Assembly (NCBI GenBank): GCA_963765495.1
Contig: CAVXWP010000008.1
Coordinates: forward strand, 800,001-864,000
Direction: 5' to 3'
Source of the DNA: Blastocatellia bacterium
GTDB lineage: Bacteria; Acidobacteriota; Blastocatellia; UBA7656
DNA length: 64,000 bases
The position numbers and the translations under genes were made by a program. Below are positions 21,537 through 31,557 of this stretch, in pieces; position 1 is the stretch's first letter, and each line of letters opens with the position of its first letter. The notes beneath the pieces are model-generated. The model worked only from the letters and a program-made list of their open reading frames with translations. It ran no database searches and had not been told where the DNA came from.

Positions 21537-23771
21537 TCATTTCTCGATCACTTCAAAGCCACCAGTTATTCCATCGACTGAGTTTGTGCCTACGGTAACA
21601 TTGAACTTGCCGGGCTCGACCATAAATTTCATCTCTCGATTGAGAAAGCCCAGTTCTTTGGGCGCGAGCGTAAACTGAATTCGCCGCTTCTCTCCCGCCT
21701 TGAGCGTCACTCGCTCGAACCCTCGCAATTCCTTCACTGGTCGGGTCACGCTCGCTGCTTCGTCTTGAAGATAGAGTTGCACAACCTCATCGCCTGCGCG
21801 CTTACCCGTATTCTCGATTTCAACGCTCACCGTCACGCTTCCATTTGGGGCGATGGTTTGCGCGCTTAGTCGCAGGTCAGAAAGCTTGAACTGTGTATAG
21901 CTCAGACCATACCCGAAAGGATAGAGAGGCGTCACCGGCACATCGAGATACTTGGATGTGTATTTGTTGTTTGGATCAGGCGGACGGCCTGTGTTCTTGT
22001 GAGCATAATAGAGTGGCAACTGCCCCACGGCTCGCGGGAAAGTCACGGGCAATTTCCCGCCGGGATTTACATCGCCAAACAACACATCGGCAATGGCGTT
22101 GCCCGCCTGTGTACCGGCAAACCATGTTTCGAGGATTGCCGGGGTATTCTCTGCAATCCAGTTTATCGTCAGCGGTCGCCCGTTCATCAAGACTACAACG
22201 ACAGGCTTCCCCGTAGCCTTTATTGCCTTGACCAGATCAAGCTGGCGGCCCGGCAAATCGAGCGAGGCCCGTGATGAAGCTTCGCCGCTCATCGCGGCCG
22301 ATTCGCCTACGGCAAGAATAGCCACATCGGATTCGCGAGCAACCCGAACGGCTTCGTCAAAACCCGCGTCGGAATCGCCGGTAAATTCGCATCCTTTTGC
22401 AAAAGTGACCTTTGTAGTCGCGGGAACTTTTGCCTTGATTCCGGCCAGAAGAGTTACGGCATCCTCCTTCCTTCCATCGCCGGTCCACGACCCCATCATG
22501 TTTTCCTGATCGTCACCGAGCGGACCTATCACGGCTATCGAACGGACGTTTTTGCTAAGAGGTAGAGTCTCGCCCTCGTTCTTTAAGAGCACCATCGAGC
22601 GCCCGGCGATCTCGCGCGCGGCTGCCAGGTTCTCACGGCTCAGGATGACCCTGCTCTCTCGCGCTTCATCGGTGTAGGGATTGTCGAAAAGGCCCAGGCG
22701 AAATTTGATCCTCAAGACTCGCCTAACGGCTTCATCAATTGTAGCCATTGAGACCTTACCCCGCTTGATCTGCTCGGGCAAAGTAGTGTTATAGAGACGG
22801 CTGACCATCTCCATATCGACGCCCGCGTTGATCGCGTAGGTGGCCGCTTCACTTCCGTCGGCGGCAAGTTTATGGTTTATGAGTTCCCTCACCGACTCGT
22901 AATCGCTCACAACGATGCCGTCAAATTTCCACTCGTTTCTAAGCACCTCGGTCAGCGTGAAAGGGTTTGCCGAAGCGGGCACACCGTTCAGATCGTTGAA
23001 TGCGCTCATAAAGGTTGCGACACCCGCATCAACGGCCGCCTTAAACGGGGGAAAATAGACTTCGCGCAATCTCCGCTCCGACATGTCTACTGTGTTGTAA
23101 TCGCGTCCGGCCTCCGCCGCGCCGTATGCGACCCAGTGCTTCGCACAGGCGAGCACTCTTTCAGGATCGCTGTAATCCGCTCCCTGAAAACCCCGCACCT
23201 GCGCTCGCGCCATCGCGGCTCCAAGATAGGGGTCTTCGCCTGCGCCTTCGACGATGCGCCCCCATCGGGCGTCACGGGCAATGTCTACCATAGGCGCAAA
23301 TGTCCAGCGTACGCCCGCCGCCGAAGCCTCCGCAGCCGCGATTTGAGCCGCGCGCTCTACTGCCGCCGGGTCCCAGCTACTGGCCGAGCCAAGCGGGACG
23401 GGGAAGACAGTCCTGTACCCGTGAATCACATCGAAGGCAAACAGAAAAGGTATTTTCAAACGCGACTCTTCGACCGCTATTCGCTGAAGTTCGTTTGTCT
23501 TCTTTGCGCCGCGCACGTTTAGTGTGGAACCGAGCAAGCCCTTGCGGATGAGATCGGGATGTTCGGGTCGATAATTGCCGTTTGCCTCGCCGTCCAACTG
23601 CTGAAGCTGTCCCAGCTTTTCTTCGAGCGTCATCCGTGCAAGCAATTCATTTATCTTTTTTTCCACATCCGGCTTTGATTGCAGCGATGCGGACCGAGGC
23701 AGCGCAACCACAATCAGAATCAACAATGCAATCGTAATAGATCGAAAAACTAAGGGGGAATCCGTCCTCAT
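21537..23771 (-). CDS. bglX: GH3 beta-glucosidase (BglX-like), exported
   Basis: DVIHG, RWGR..EGAGEDP, KHW, VSDY nucleophile region, SGEASSR, C-terminal Fn3-like domain; signal peptide after ATG 23771. Confidence 0.93.
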   Translation of the reverse strand: MRTDSPLVFRSITIALLILIVVALPRSASLQSKPDVEKKINELLARMTLEEKLGQLQQLDGEANGNYRPEHPDLIRKGLLGSTLNVRGAKKTNELQRIAVEESRLKIPFLFAFDVIHGYRTVFPVPLGSASSWDPAAVERAAQIAAAEASAAGVRWTFAPMVDIARDARWGRIVEGAGEDPYLGAAMARAQVRGFQGADYSDPERVLACAKHWVAYGAAEAGRDYNTVDMSERRLREVYFPPFKAAVDAGVATFMSAFNDLNGVPASANPFTLTEVLRNEWKFDGIVVSDYESVRELINHKLAADGSEAATYAINAGVDMEMVSRLYNTTLPEQIKRGKVSMATIDEAVRRVLRIKFRLGLFDNPYTDEARESRVILSRENLAAAREIAGRSMVLLKNEGETLPLSKNVRSIAVIGPLGDDQENMMGSWTGDGRKEDAVTLLAGIKAKVPATTKVTFAKGCEFTGDSDAGFDEAVRVARESDVAILAVGESAAMSGEASSRASLDLPGRQLDLVKAIKATGKPVVVVLMNGRPLTINWIAENTPAILETWFAGTQAGNAIADVLFGDVNPGGKLPVTFPRAVGQLPLYYAHKNTGRPPDPNNKYTSKYLDVPVTPLYPFGYGLSYTQFKLSDLRLSAQTIAPNGSVTVSVEIENTGKRAGDEVVQLYLQDEAASVTRPVKELRGFERVTLKAGEKRRIQFTLAPKELGFLNREMKFMVEPGKFNVTVGTNSVDGITGGFEVIEK

Positions 23772-23789
23772 AGTTAAGGCCCTTTTTAA

Positions 23790-23921
23790 GTGAGGCGTGA
23801 TGCGTTCACGTGAAGCATGATGCGTGATGCGTGATTTAGCAGGCTTGCAATTTATCTTTAACAGGCGATCTGCCTGAAAGTCACGAATCACGAATCACGC
23901 TTCACGCTTCACGCTTCACGG
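23790..23921. repeat. Heptamer-armed dispersed repeat (copy A)
   Basis: (GCGTGAT)n, then core GCAGGCTTGC..TTTAACAGGCGATCTGCCTGAAAG, then (TCACGNN)6. Confidence 0.8.
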
Positions 23922-23922
23922 T

Positions 23923-26900
23923 TTAGAAACTGAACCGCGCCTGAAACTCTATAACGCGGCCTGACAATCCGGCATTAGCGCGGCCGAAATTGGGGCTCTC
24001 TATTCTAGCCTCAGCAGATCCGAACCCGAATGGTGTGAGGTTCAGGCTGTTGAAAGCGTTGAAGAAATTGGCGCGAATTTCGAGATTCGCACCTTCACCA
24101 AGCCCCAGATAATTGGGAAGACCTGTCTGCTTTACGAGGCTGAAGTCGACTGCGGAATACTTCGGCCCCCGGAATGAGTTGCGCCCGATGCCCGGGCGAC
24201 CCGTCGCGCTAATATCAAAGTATTGAGTGCCCCCGCCGGGGAAGTTCCCACCCACTCTGATAAAAGCATCATCGCTGCTATCGTCGAGCGCCCCTCCGAA
24301 ATACCGTATCGGTCGGCTTGGCGAAAGCGAAGGCCCGCCCGGCGTGCTTACGGCAAGCCCGGTCACAGGCGTCCACGGAAATCCTGTGTGCGCCGTAAAG
24401 ACGCCGTTTAGCTGCCACCCGCCAAATGCCCGCCCGATCCAGTCTTTGCGACCCCGAAAGATGGGCAGATCCCACAACCCCGAAAGGTTGAAATAATGCG
24501 TGACATCGAAATCCGAAGGGCCGCGCTCCGTGCTCTGATCCTGTGGAAATGTCTGGTTCGTAGGCGCTCCCGGTCCTCCGTACGAGAGCGTGTCAATGCT
24601 CTTGCTCCATCTGTAATTGGCGTTGAACTGGAAGCCCTCGCCGAATTTCCTCTGTAATCCGAGCAGCATCGCGTTGAAACTCGAGTTCACGTCATCGGTA
24701 GGGAAGTAGACGGCAAAGAACTTCGGATTATTTGCGTAGAGGAAATTCTCATTCACGATGCGGATCAGCTTATGCGCGGCGCTCCCCTGATACCCGACCG
24801 AACCGGCCAATCGGAAAGGCATCTGGAACTGGACTTCGAGCGAGTAGAGGTGAGCGTAGGAATCTCTCAAGTCCGGCTCGGCTCCGTAAATCTCCGCTGC
24901 GCCTACAGCCGGGCCTCCCGATACAGGATCAATCCCCTGCGCGAGCACAGGGTTTATCGGGAAACTGAACGGCGAATTGCTCGACCCGAGCGCAAACAGT
25001 ATCTGCCCGTTTACAAAAGGCGAGCCGAAATCGGTTGGGGCGGTCCCACAGCAAATGTTGTAGCGTGTGAAGAACGGAGGATTGCCTCGCGTGTTTGTGA
25101 ACAACACGTTTGGTATTCGGTTGTAGGCAAGCCCGTATCCGCCGCGAACTACAACTCTATCCTCGAACCTCTTTGGGCTCCAGGCAAACCCGAGTCGCGG
25201 AGCGAAGTTGTTTCGATCAGGGTTGTACAGTCGGTCAGATACTTCCACGCGCGATGACTGCAAATCGCCGGGCGCAGGGAATACGAGGTTCGCGATGCGG
25301 CCCCGCTTCTCCGTAAGCGGAGAGAAATACTCGTAACGCAGTCCTAAATTTAGTGTAAAGTTTGGCTTGATCTTCCAGTCGTTCTGGACAAAGCCCGCGT
25401 AATAGCTCGTCCGAAAATATCGTTGAGCATCGGCTGGTTCGCCCGTCCGGGGATCAAGGTTTATGGCTTCAAAGATCGGGGTGCCGTTTGCGAGATTGAA
25501 CAGACCCGAGAATGAAAAGAGCGGGCGAGCACCGCCGACAAGCGCGTTGTTGTCCTGTTCTTTCCTGATAACAACACCAAACTTCAAGGCCTTGTTTCCA
25601 ATCACCCAGCTTAAGACATCGTTGAACTCATAGGTGTTCTGCGCGAATATTCCCGGTGTGCCTTCTGAGCGGTCGGCCCCGAATCTGATGCGATCAAACG
25701 GCAACCCTTCCACCTCTATGCGCGGTATGCCGAAATTCACATCCGAGTTTGTCTGGACCTGATTTGTCCCAAAGCGCGTGAAGTTGAACCGCGCTTCGTT
25801 AAGAATCGTGGGCGCGATGATACGAGTAAAGTTCGCCATCGCGGCAGAACTGAGCGGCTGAAAATTCAAATCCGCAAGCGGGCGCGCTCGTCCCGCCGCA
25901 TCGCTCGAAACGTTGTTGAGCTTGGTGAAATACGTGCTCGCGGCAAACGAACTGTTTCCCCGGCTGTAGTCAATACGGGTGTTGTATTGATTGCCGCTTT
26001 GCGAAACAGGATTTGCGATGCGGGCAAACAGGATGTCGGGGATGCCATCAAACCCTCCCCCGGTGGGGTTTCCGAGGCTGACATACTGACCAGTTGCGCC
26101 GGTAAGCGAACCTATATCGAGCCCGCCCGGAACTACGCGGCAACGGTTTGGGTCATTGCCAAAGACCGAGCAATCGGAAGGCAGAACGCTTATGATGCGA
26201 GGCTCTACGCCGGGCGTCTGGAAAATCTGAGCAACCGCGCTGCCGGGTCTCTGATTTATCACAAGTTGCCTGTATTCGGGAGTCTCTATATAGGAATCAA
26301 AGGTGTTATTGGTTTTGTTTCGCAGCCCTTCATAGGAGAAGAAAAAGAAGAGCTTCTCTTTGAGGATAGGTCCGCCGAGGCTTCCGCCAAACTGACGGAA
26401 GCGGTTTTCCACACGCGTGGGCGGCGCGTTTATCAGGGGGTTGCCCGTCACGCCTCCGTATTTGTTAAAGGCATTCAAGGCCGGGTCGTTGTATTTGAAA
26501 AGTGCGCTTCCATGAAATTCGTTGGTTCCATTCTGGGAAACCACCTTTATCTGCGCGCCTGAATTTCGCCCGTCCTCAGCCGAATATGAGCTTGATATTA
26601 CGCGAATCTCTTTGACAGATTCCTGATTGGGAGTAACAACAGCCGCGCCGCCAAATCCGAGGCTGTTGACGCTGACTCCGTCTATTTGATAGTTGTTTGC
26701 CGAAACCCTCTGGCCGTTGGCGCTGATCGGGACCTGGTTTTCGGTTTGAAAAATTGACAGGTTCGATCCGCCCGGTCCCGTCGTATTGGGCAGATTGACC
26801 GCCTGCCCGCTTCCATTGCGCGCACCGCTGCCGAACACGCCGGGGGTAAGTCTGAGCAGTTCATAAGGGCTGCGACCTACCTGCGGAATGCGGCGGATCT

Positions 26901-27336
26901 CATCATTTGTGATGGCTCCGGTTATGTTTGCCGATTCGGTTTGAAGCGGCTGAGTCGTATCGGCCGTGATCGTCACGGTTTCAGAGACTTCGCCCGCCTC
27001 AAGCGCAAGGTCCACGCCCTGCGGCGCTTCGGCGCGAAGTACAATGTTTTCAAGGGTCTTTTTTCTAAACCCCGCAAGCTCGGCGCTGACGGTATAAGTG
27101 CCGGGCGGAAGCCCCGTGACTCGATAAAACCCGTTATCACTCGTAGTGACCGATTGTTGCTTGTTTGTCTCCTGATTTGTTACCGTGACGGTAGCGCCGG
27201 AAACTACGGCCCCGGCATTATCGGTAACCGTCCCCTGTATGCTCGCGTTGAACTGGGCGCTTGCGGTAGCGGCAAGCCAGAGCGCGATCATTGCGCAGGC
27301 TGTGATATGTATTAGAAATGAGCGTGTTCTATTCAT
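23923..27336 (-). CDS. TonB-dependent receptor, Oar-like, with carboxypeptidase-regulatory domain
   Basis: Signal peptide, GTVTD..GAVV..G.Y, NYQIDG, NEFHGS, NLGLRYEY, DRNNFAPRLGFAW, C-terminal RFSF; GGAGG SD before ATG 27336. Confidence 0.93.
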   Translation of the reverse strand: MNRTRSFLIHITACAMIALWLAATASAQFNASIQGTVTDNAGAVVSGATVTVTNQETNKQQSVTTSDNGFYRVTGLPPGTYTVSAELAGFRKKTLENIVLRAEAPQGVDLALEAGEVSETVTITADTTQPLQTESANITGAITNDEIRRIPQVGRSPYELLRLTPGVFGSGARNGSGQAVNLPNTTGPGGSNLSIFQTENQVPISANGQRVSANNYQIDGVSVNSLGFGGAAVVTPNQESVKEIRVISSSYSAEDGRNSGAQIKVVSQNGTNEFHGSALFKYNDPALNAFNKYGGVTGNPLINAPPTRVENRFRQFGGSLGGPILKEKLFFFFSYEGLRNKTNNTFDSYIETPEYRQLVINQRPGSAVAQIFQTPGVEPRIISVLPSDCSVFGNDPNRCRVVPGGLDIGSLTGATGQYVSLGNPTGGGFDGIPDILFARIANPVSQSGNQYNTRIDYSRGNSSFAASTYFTKLNNVSSDAAGRARPLADLNFQPLSSAAMANFTRIIAPTILNEARFNFTRFGTNQVQTNSDVNFGIPRIEVEGLPFDRIRFGADRSEGTPGIFAQNTYEFNDVLSWVIGNKALKFGVVIRKEQDNNALVGGARPLFSFSGLFNLANGTPIFEAINLDPRTGEPADAQRYFRTSYYAGFVQNDWKIKPNFTLNLGLRYEYFSPLTEKRGRIANLVFPAPGDLQSSRVEVSDRLYNPDRNNFAPRLGFAWSPKRFEDRVVVRGGYGLAYNRIPNVLFTNTRGNPPFFTRYNICCGTAPTDFGSPFVNGQILFALGSSNSPFSFPINPVLAQGIDPVSGGPAVGAAEIYGAEPDLRDSYAHLYSLEVQFQMPFRLAGSVGYQGSAAHKLIRIVNENFLYANNPKFFAVYFPTDDVNSSFNAMLLGLQRKFGEGFQFNANYRWSKSIDTLSYGGPGAPTNQTFPQDQSTERGPSDFDVTHYFNLSGLWDLPIFRGRKDWIGRAFGGWQLNGVFTAHTGFPWTPVTGLAVSTPGGPSLSPSRPIRYFGGALDDSSDDAFIRVGGNFPGGGTQYFDISATGRPGIGRNSFRGPKYSAVDFSLVKQTGLPNYLGLGEGANLEIRANFFNAFNSLNLTPFGFGSAEARIESPNFGRANAGLSGRVIEFQARFSF

Positions 27337-27816
27337 TTGCTGTAACCTCCTACTCCTGAAGTCCATTCCCACAAATGAGTTCGAGAGATTTTGTCGGACT
27401 GTTCCTTACATCAGGTAAGATCAGGGCGGCAACTCTGTATGGGCGAGGCTAACGCTGTCAAAATTGGGGGAGAAGGCGAAAAGCTTTTCCTCAATCAGCG
27501 CAGACTACTCGATGGCATCCCCGCAGAACTTTATTCTGAAACACTCGAACAAGCGTAGTATCAACGATTTAATGCAGCTATCCCGGTTATACCACCGGGT
27601 CTCGAGAGTGTCAAGGTGGCACCTCTCCGCCCTGCAAACCCGGCTTGATTTGAATAATGCAATGTGAGAAACTCCCGCCATGCTGCACAAGACATGTCGG
27701 CGTAATAGATAAAAGGACGGGTGTGCACACCTGTCGCCAGTATGTCAGCTATCATACAGAGTTTTTTGAAGTTTCGTTTCGGGCGCGGCAATAATTTCAG
27801 TTAAGGGAGAGAGACT

Positions 27817-29499
27817 ATGACAATGATGCTCTTGCTGTTTCAGGCCGGGACAACTCAACTCGTGACGATAGATTATGTCGTACTGGGGCTCTATTTCATC
27901 ATAATCTTTGCCATCGGCTACTATTTCGCCCGCAAGGAACGCAACTCGGCCGACTATTTCCTGGCAAGTCGGGATGTCGCCTGGTGGGCAATCGGCGCAT
28001 CGCTGTTCGCCTCAAACATCGGCAGCGAGCACTTCATCGGGCTTGCCGGGACGGGTGCGGCATCCGGGCTTGCTGTAGGCCATTTTGAGTGGCTGGCATC
28101 TTTGATCCTTCTCATCCTCGGCTGGGTATTCATTCCCTTCTATCTCCGCTCAAACGTCTACACGATGCCCGAGTTTCTGGAACGCCGCTACAACCGGGCG
28201 TGCCGCACTTATCTGGCGACTATTTCGATAATCGCATACATCTTTACAAAGATAGCGGTTGCCATCTTTGCAGGGGCGATAGTATTAAAGGCCGTGTTGG
28301 GGTGGAGCATGTGGCAGAGCGCGCTGGCGCTGGTTCTGGCCACTGGCATCTATACGGTCGCCGGAGGACTCGCGGCTGTCATTTACACCGAAGTGATTCA
28401 GACCGTCATATTGATTGCGGGCGCGCTCGGGTTGATGTTTATCGGGCTTGATAAAGTAGGCGGCTGGTCGGGGCTGCATGCATCCGTGCCCGAGGGTTTC
28501 TTTCACATGATGAAGCCCTCGACCGATGCGGAATTCCCCTGGACCGGCATCTTTTTCGGCGCGCCGATACTGGGCATATGGTACTGGTGTACGGATCAGG
28601 TAATCGTTCAGCGAGTGCTTTCGGCAAAAGACGTGGCCAATGCCAAAGGCGGAACCGTGCTTGCCGGATTTTTGAAGATTCTCCCTGTCTTCATGTTGAT
28701 TGTACCCGGAATGATTGCGCGCTCTTTGTACCCGGCAGAGATGCAGGCCGATTCGAACGCGGCATTTCCTACCCTGGTTGTTCGCCTTTTGCCAGCCGGA
28801 TTGACAGGCATTATGGTGGCCGCGATGCTTGCGGCGCTGATGTCGAGCCTCGCATCCGTATTCAATTCCAGTTCCACGATCTTCACTATGGACTTTTATA
28901 AAAAGTTCAGCCCCGACGCCTCCGAACGGCAACTCGTACTCGTAGGCCGTCTGGCCACGGTAATCATGGTAATTCTCGGCCTCCTGTGGATCCCCTTCAT
29001 GGGCCGGATAAGTTCGCAGCTATACGTTTACCTTCAAAGCGTTCAAGCCTACGTCTCGCCGCCGATAGCAGCGGTCTTCCTGCTTGGCGTATTCTGGAAA
29101 CGCATAAACGGAGAGGGGGCTATAACCTCGCTTCTCGTAGGCTTCGTGCTCGGTGCGCTCCGCTTTCTGCTTGAAATCGGCTATGCCGGGGAAAAACCGG
29201 GCGGCTTCGTAGGTTTTTATATCGGCATCAACTTCCTGCATTTTGCGGTATTGATGTTTGTCATCTGCATAATCGTACTTGTTGTGGTTTCGCTGATGAC
29301 GCCCGCGCCATCAGACCGTAAAGTAGCGGGGCTGACCTGGCAGACCGTGAGCGAAAAGATTGACACGGGCGCTGCGGCAGCGCCCGGCGAGGTTGAATTG
29401 CCCACCGAGCCGGGTTCGGAAACGGTCAGGCGGATGGTCACAATCTTTGCCCTTTTGCTGATAGTCACGATGATCTGTCTGTGGATTTACTTCCGCTAA
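27817..29499 (+). CDS. Sodium:solute symporter (SLC5 sugar-type)
   Basis: ASNIGSEHFIGLAG, TMPEFLERRY, WYWCTDQVIVQR, AALMSS. Confidence 0.95.
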   Translation: MTMMLLLFQAGTTQLVTIDYVVLGLYFIIIFAIGYYFARKERNSADYFLASRDVAWWAIGASLFASNIGSEHFIGLAGTGAASGLAVGHFEWLASLILLILGWVFIPFYLRSNVYTMPEFLERRYNRACRTYLATISIIAYIFTKIAVAIFAGAIVLKAVLGWSMWQSALALVLATGIYTVAGGLAAVIYTEVIQTVILIAGALGLMFIGLDKVGGWSGLHASVPEGFFHMMKPSTDAEFPWTGIFFGAPILGIWYWCTDQVIVQRVLSAKDVANAKGGTVLAGFLKILPVFMLIVPGMIARSLYPAEMQADSNAAFPTLVVRLLPAGLTGIMVAAMLAALMSSLASVFNSSSTIFTMDFYKKFSPDASERQLVLVGRLATVIMVILGLLWIPFMGRISSQLYVYLQSVQAYVSPPIAAVFLLGVFWKRINGEGAITSLLVGFVLGALRFLLEIGYAGEKPGGFVGFYIGINFLHFAVLMFVICIIVLVVVSLMTPAPSDRKVAGLTWQTVSEKIDTGAAAAPGEVELPTEPGSETVRRMVTIFALLLIVTMICLWIYFR

Positions 29500-29559
29500 G
29501 GCGGGGGGGCCGATGAATGAAGAGAAGATTTCTTGACAGGATTGACTGTATGTTAATCC

Positions 29560-29701
29560 CGGGGCCATTCAGTTTTTGAATTGCGGGCAACATGCGTTAG
29601 GCGTTTTGGCAAGTTAAATTGAATGCAAGGCGAATTGAAATAGGCCGTCCCGGCCTATTCCCCTTTTCCTATGCTACATTTTGGAAAACTGAATGGTCTT
29701 G
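29560..29701. mobile_element. 142-bp MITE with 17-bp imperfect TIRs and 10-bp TSD
   Basis: Left end CGGGGCCATTCAGTTTT; right end reverse complement CAAGACCATTCAGTTTT. Exact direct repeat ATGTTAATCC at 29550-29559 and 29702-29711. Confidence 0.8.
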
Positions 29702-29743
29702 ATGTTAATCCTGTCAGATGTCTTTCTCGCCCGAAGAATGAGT

Positions 29744-29772
29744 TTGACTTTCCATCCCGCCATCCGTATTAT
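29744..29772 (+). promoter_or_regulatory. sigma70 promoter of the leader peptide/MATE unit
   Basis: TTGACT-N17-TATTAT. Confidence 0.7.
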
Positions 29773-29782
29773 GGTTGCCAAT

Positions 29783-29839
29783 ATGAAGAACACAGATTCT
29801 CACAATTTTGTCGCCGCCAAAGCGCGAATTAGCCTGTAG
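29783..29839 (+). CDS. Putative leader peptide MKNTDSHNFVAAKARISL
   Basis: ATG ~10 nt after the -10 box, TAG stop, followed by a pyrimidine-rich tandem repeat, upstream of the MATE gene. Confidence 0.5.
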   Translation: MKNTDSHNFVAAKARISL

Positions 29840-29991
29840 GCGTTCTTAGAATCTCTCTTTAGAGTCTCTCTTTAGAGTTCCCTCTCAAGCGCGCCGCAGT
29901 CTCCGCTTTCGAGCGCATCCCGCATATTTGCGGTGTGCTTCCCATCCAGTTCAAAAATCCGTTACATAGCGGTCTAATGAGGATTTTAGTA

Positions 29992-31437
29992 ATGAGTAAA
30001 CCTCTTGAAATTAACTCCGATCTGGAGAAACAAGGTTGGGCGAGGAGCCATTTTGCAGGCCTGTGGCGAGACCTGCGCGAGGCCGTGCGGGGCTCACAAC
30101 AGGATTTCACCGAAGGCAGTATCGGGCGGGCGATCACGCTGCTGGCCATCCCCATGGTCCTTGAAATGTCTATGGAATCGCTTTTCGGCGTCGTCGATGT
30201 ATTCTTCGTCGCAAGGCTCGGCGCTGACGCTATCGCAACAGTAGGTCTGACCGAGTCTCTTGTCACACTGGTTTTCGGCGTGGCCCTGGGGTTGAGCATG
30301 GCCACTACTGCAATGGTCGCTCGACGCATAGGCGAAAAGAACCCCGAAGCCGCTTCGATTGCAGCATTTCAGGCAATAGTGGCTGGCATCGCCATTTCAG
30401 TGCCTATTGGAATTGTAGGATTCAGCTACACACCCGCGCTGTTTAAATTGATGGGAGCCGGTCCGGGCATAATCGAGACCGGCACTGGCTACGGCATGGT
30501 CATGATCGGCACCAACGTAGTGATTATGCTGCTGTTTTTGATAAACGGGATATTTCGCGGAGCCGGAGACGCAGCGATTGCAATGCGTGTATTGTGGCTG
30601 TCGAACCTGCTTAATCTAGTGCTTGACCCCTGCTTGATCTTTGGATTCGGCCCGTTCCCGAAAATGGGCGTGACGGGCGCGGCCGTGGCTACGAGCATAG
30701 GGCGCGGCGCGGGTGTTATTTACGCGCTGTCTGTATTGTTGAGCGGGCGCGGGCGAGTAAATATTGGTCGCGCGCAATTGAGGCTGAACTTTAAGGTGAT
30801 GGGACAGTTGCTGCGCGTCTCGCTTGGCGGGATGTTTCAGTTCCTGGTCGCAACGGCAAGCTGGCTCGGGCTTGTTCGCATAGTCGCCGTCTTTGGTGGC
30901 GCGGCTCTTGCCGGGTACACGATAGCCCTGCGAATGATCGTCTTCGCCATTCTCCCCTCGTGGGGAATGAGCAACGCGGCGGCAACACTCGTAGGCCAGA
31001 ACCTCGGCGCGGGCAAACCGGCGCGGGCCGAACGTTCGGTGTGGCTGACCGGATTGAGCAATATGATCTTTCTGGGCGGCGTAACGATTGTCTTTATCGT
31101 TTTTGCTGACCCGCTGGTCCGCCTCTTCACCGATGACCCAGAGGTTCTGCCCTACGGTGTGGCATGCCTGCGCTTCATCAGCTACGGCTATATCTTTTAC
31201 GCATACGGGATGGTGATGGTGCAGGCGTTTAACGGAGCGGGCGATACGATGACTCCCACTTTTATCAATCTGGGCTGTTACTGGCTGTTTCAGATTCCCC
31301 TCGCCTACTGGCTCGCGCTGCAAACGGATATGGGAGCAAGAGGAGTCTTTCTGGCTATAACGATTTCCGAATCGTTGTTGGCCGTCGTATCGGTTATGAT
31401 CTTTCGTCGAGGCCGGTGGAAGGAGCAAAGGATATAG
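29992..31437 (+). CDS. MATE family efflux transporter
   Basis: [48 protein letters not shown]; start likely ATG 29992. Confidence 0.95.
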   Translation: MSKPLEINSDLEKQGWARSHFAGLWRDLREAVRGSQQDFTEGSIGRAITLLAIPMVLEMSMESLFGVVDVFFVARLGADAIATVGLTESLVTLVFGVALGLSMATTAMVARRIGEKNPEAASIAAFQAIVAGIAISVPIGIVGFSYTPALFKLMGAGPGIIETGTGYGMVMIGTNVVIMLLFLINGIFRGAGDAAIAMRVLWLSNLLNLVLDPCLIFGFGPFPKMGVTGAAVATSIGRGAGVIYALSVLLSGRGRVNIGRAQLRLNFKVMGQLLRVSLGGMFQFLVATASWLGLVRIVAVFGGAALAGYTIALRMIVFAILPSWGMSNAAATLVGQNLGAGKPARAERSVWLTGLSNMIFLGGVTIVFIVFADPLVRLFTDDPEVLPYGVACLRFISYGYIFYAYGMVMVQAFNGAGDTMTPTFINLGCYWLFQIPLAYWLALQTDMGARGVFLAITISESLLAVVSVMIFRRGRWKEQRI

Positions 31438-31465
31438 GAAGCCTTTGAGTTGATTCAAAAAATCT

Positions 31466-31524
31466 TTGACAGGATTAACAAGATTTTCGAAGGATGGTTG
31501 GGAACATCCTGTTGATCCTGTCAA
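31466..31524. repeat. TTGACAGGATTAACA-type inverted repeat (copy 3)
   Basis: TTGACAGGATTAACAAGAT...ATCCTGTTGATCCTGTCAA. Confidence 0.75.
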
Positions 31525-31557
31525 AGTAATCTTTATTTCCGACGCGCACCGCTGATC

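Noticed and set aside
27478-27489. Palindrome GAAAAGCTTTTC as a LacI-type operator for the glucan locus
   Set aside because: The centre is GC rather than the typical CG, it occurs once, and no regulator gene is in the window.
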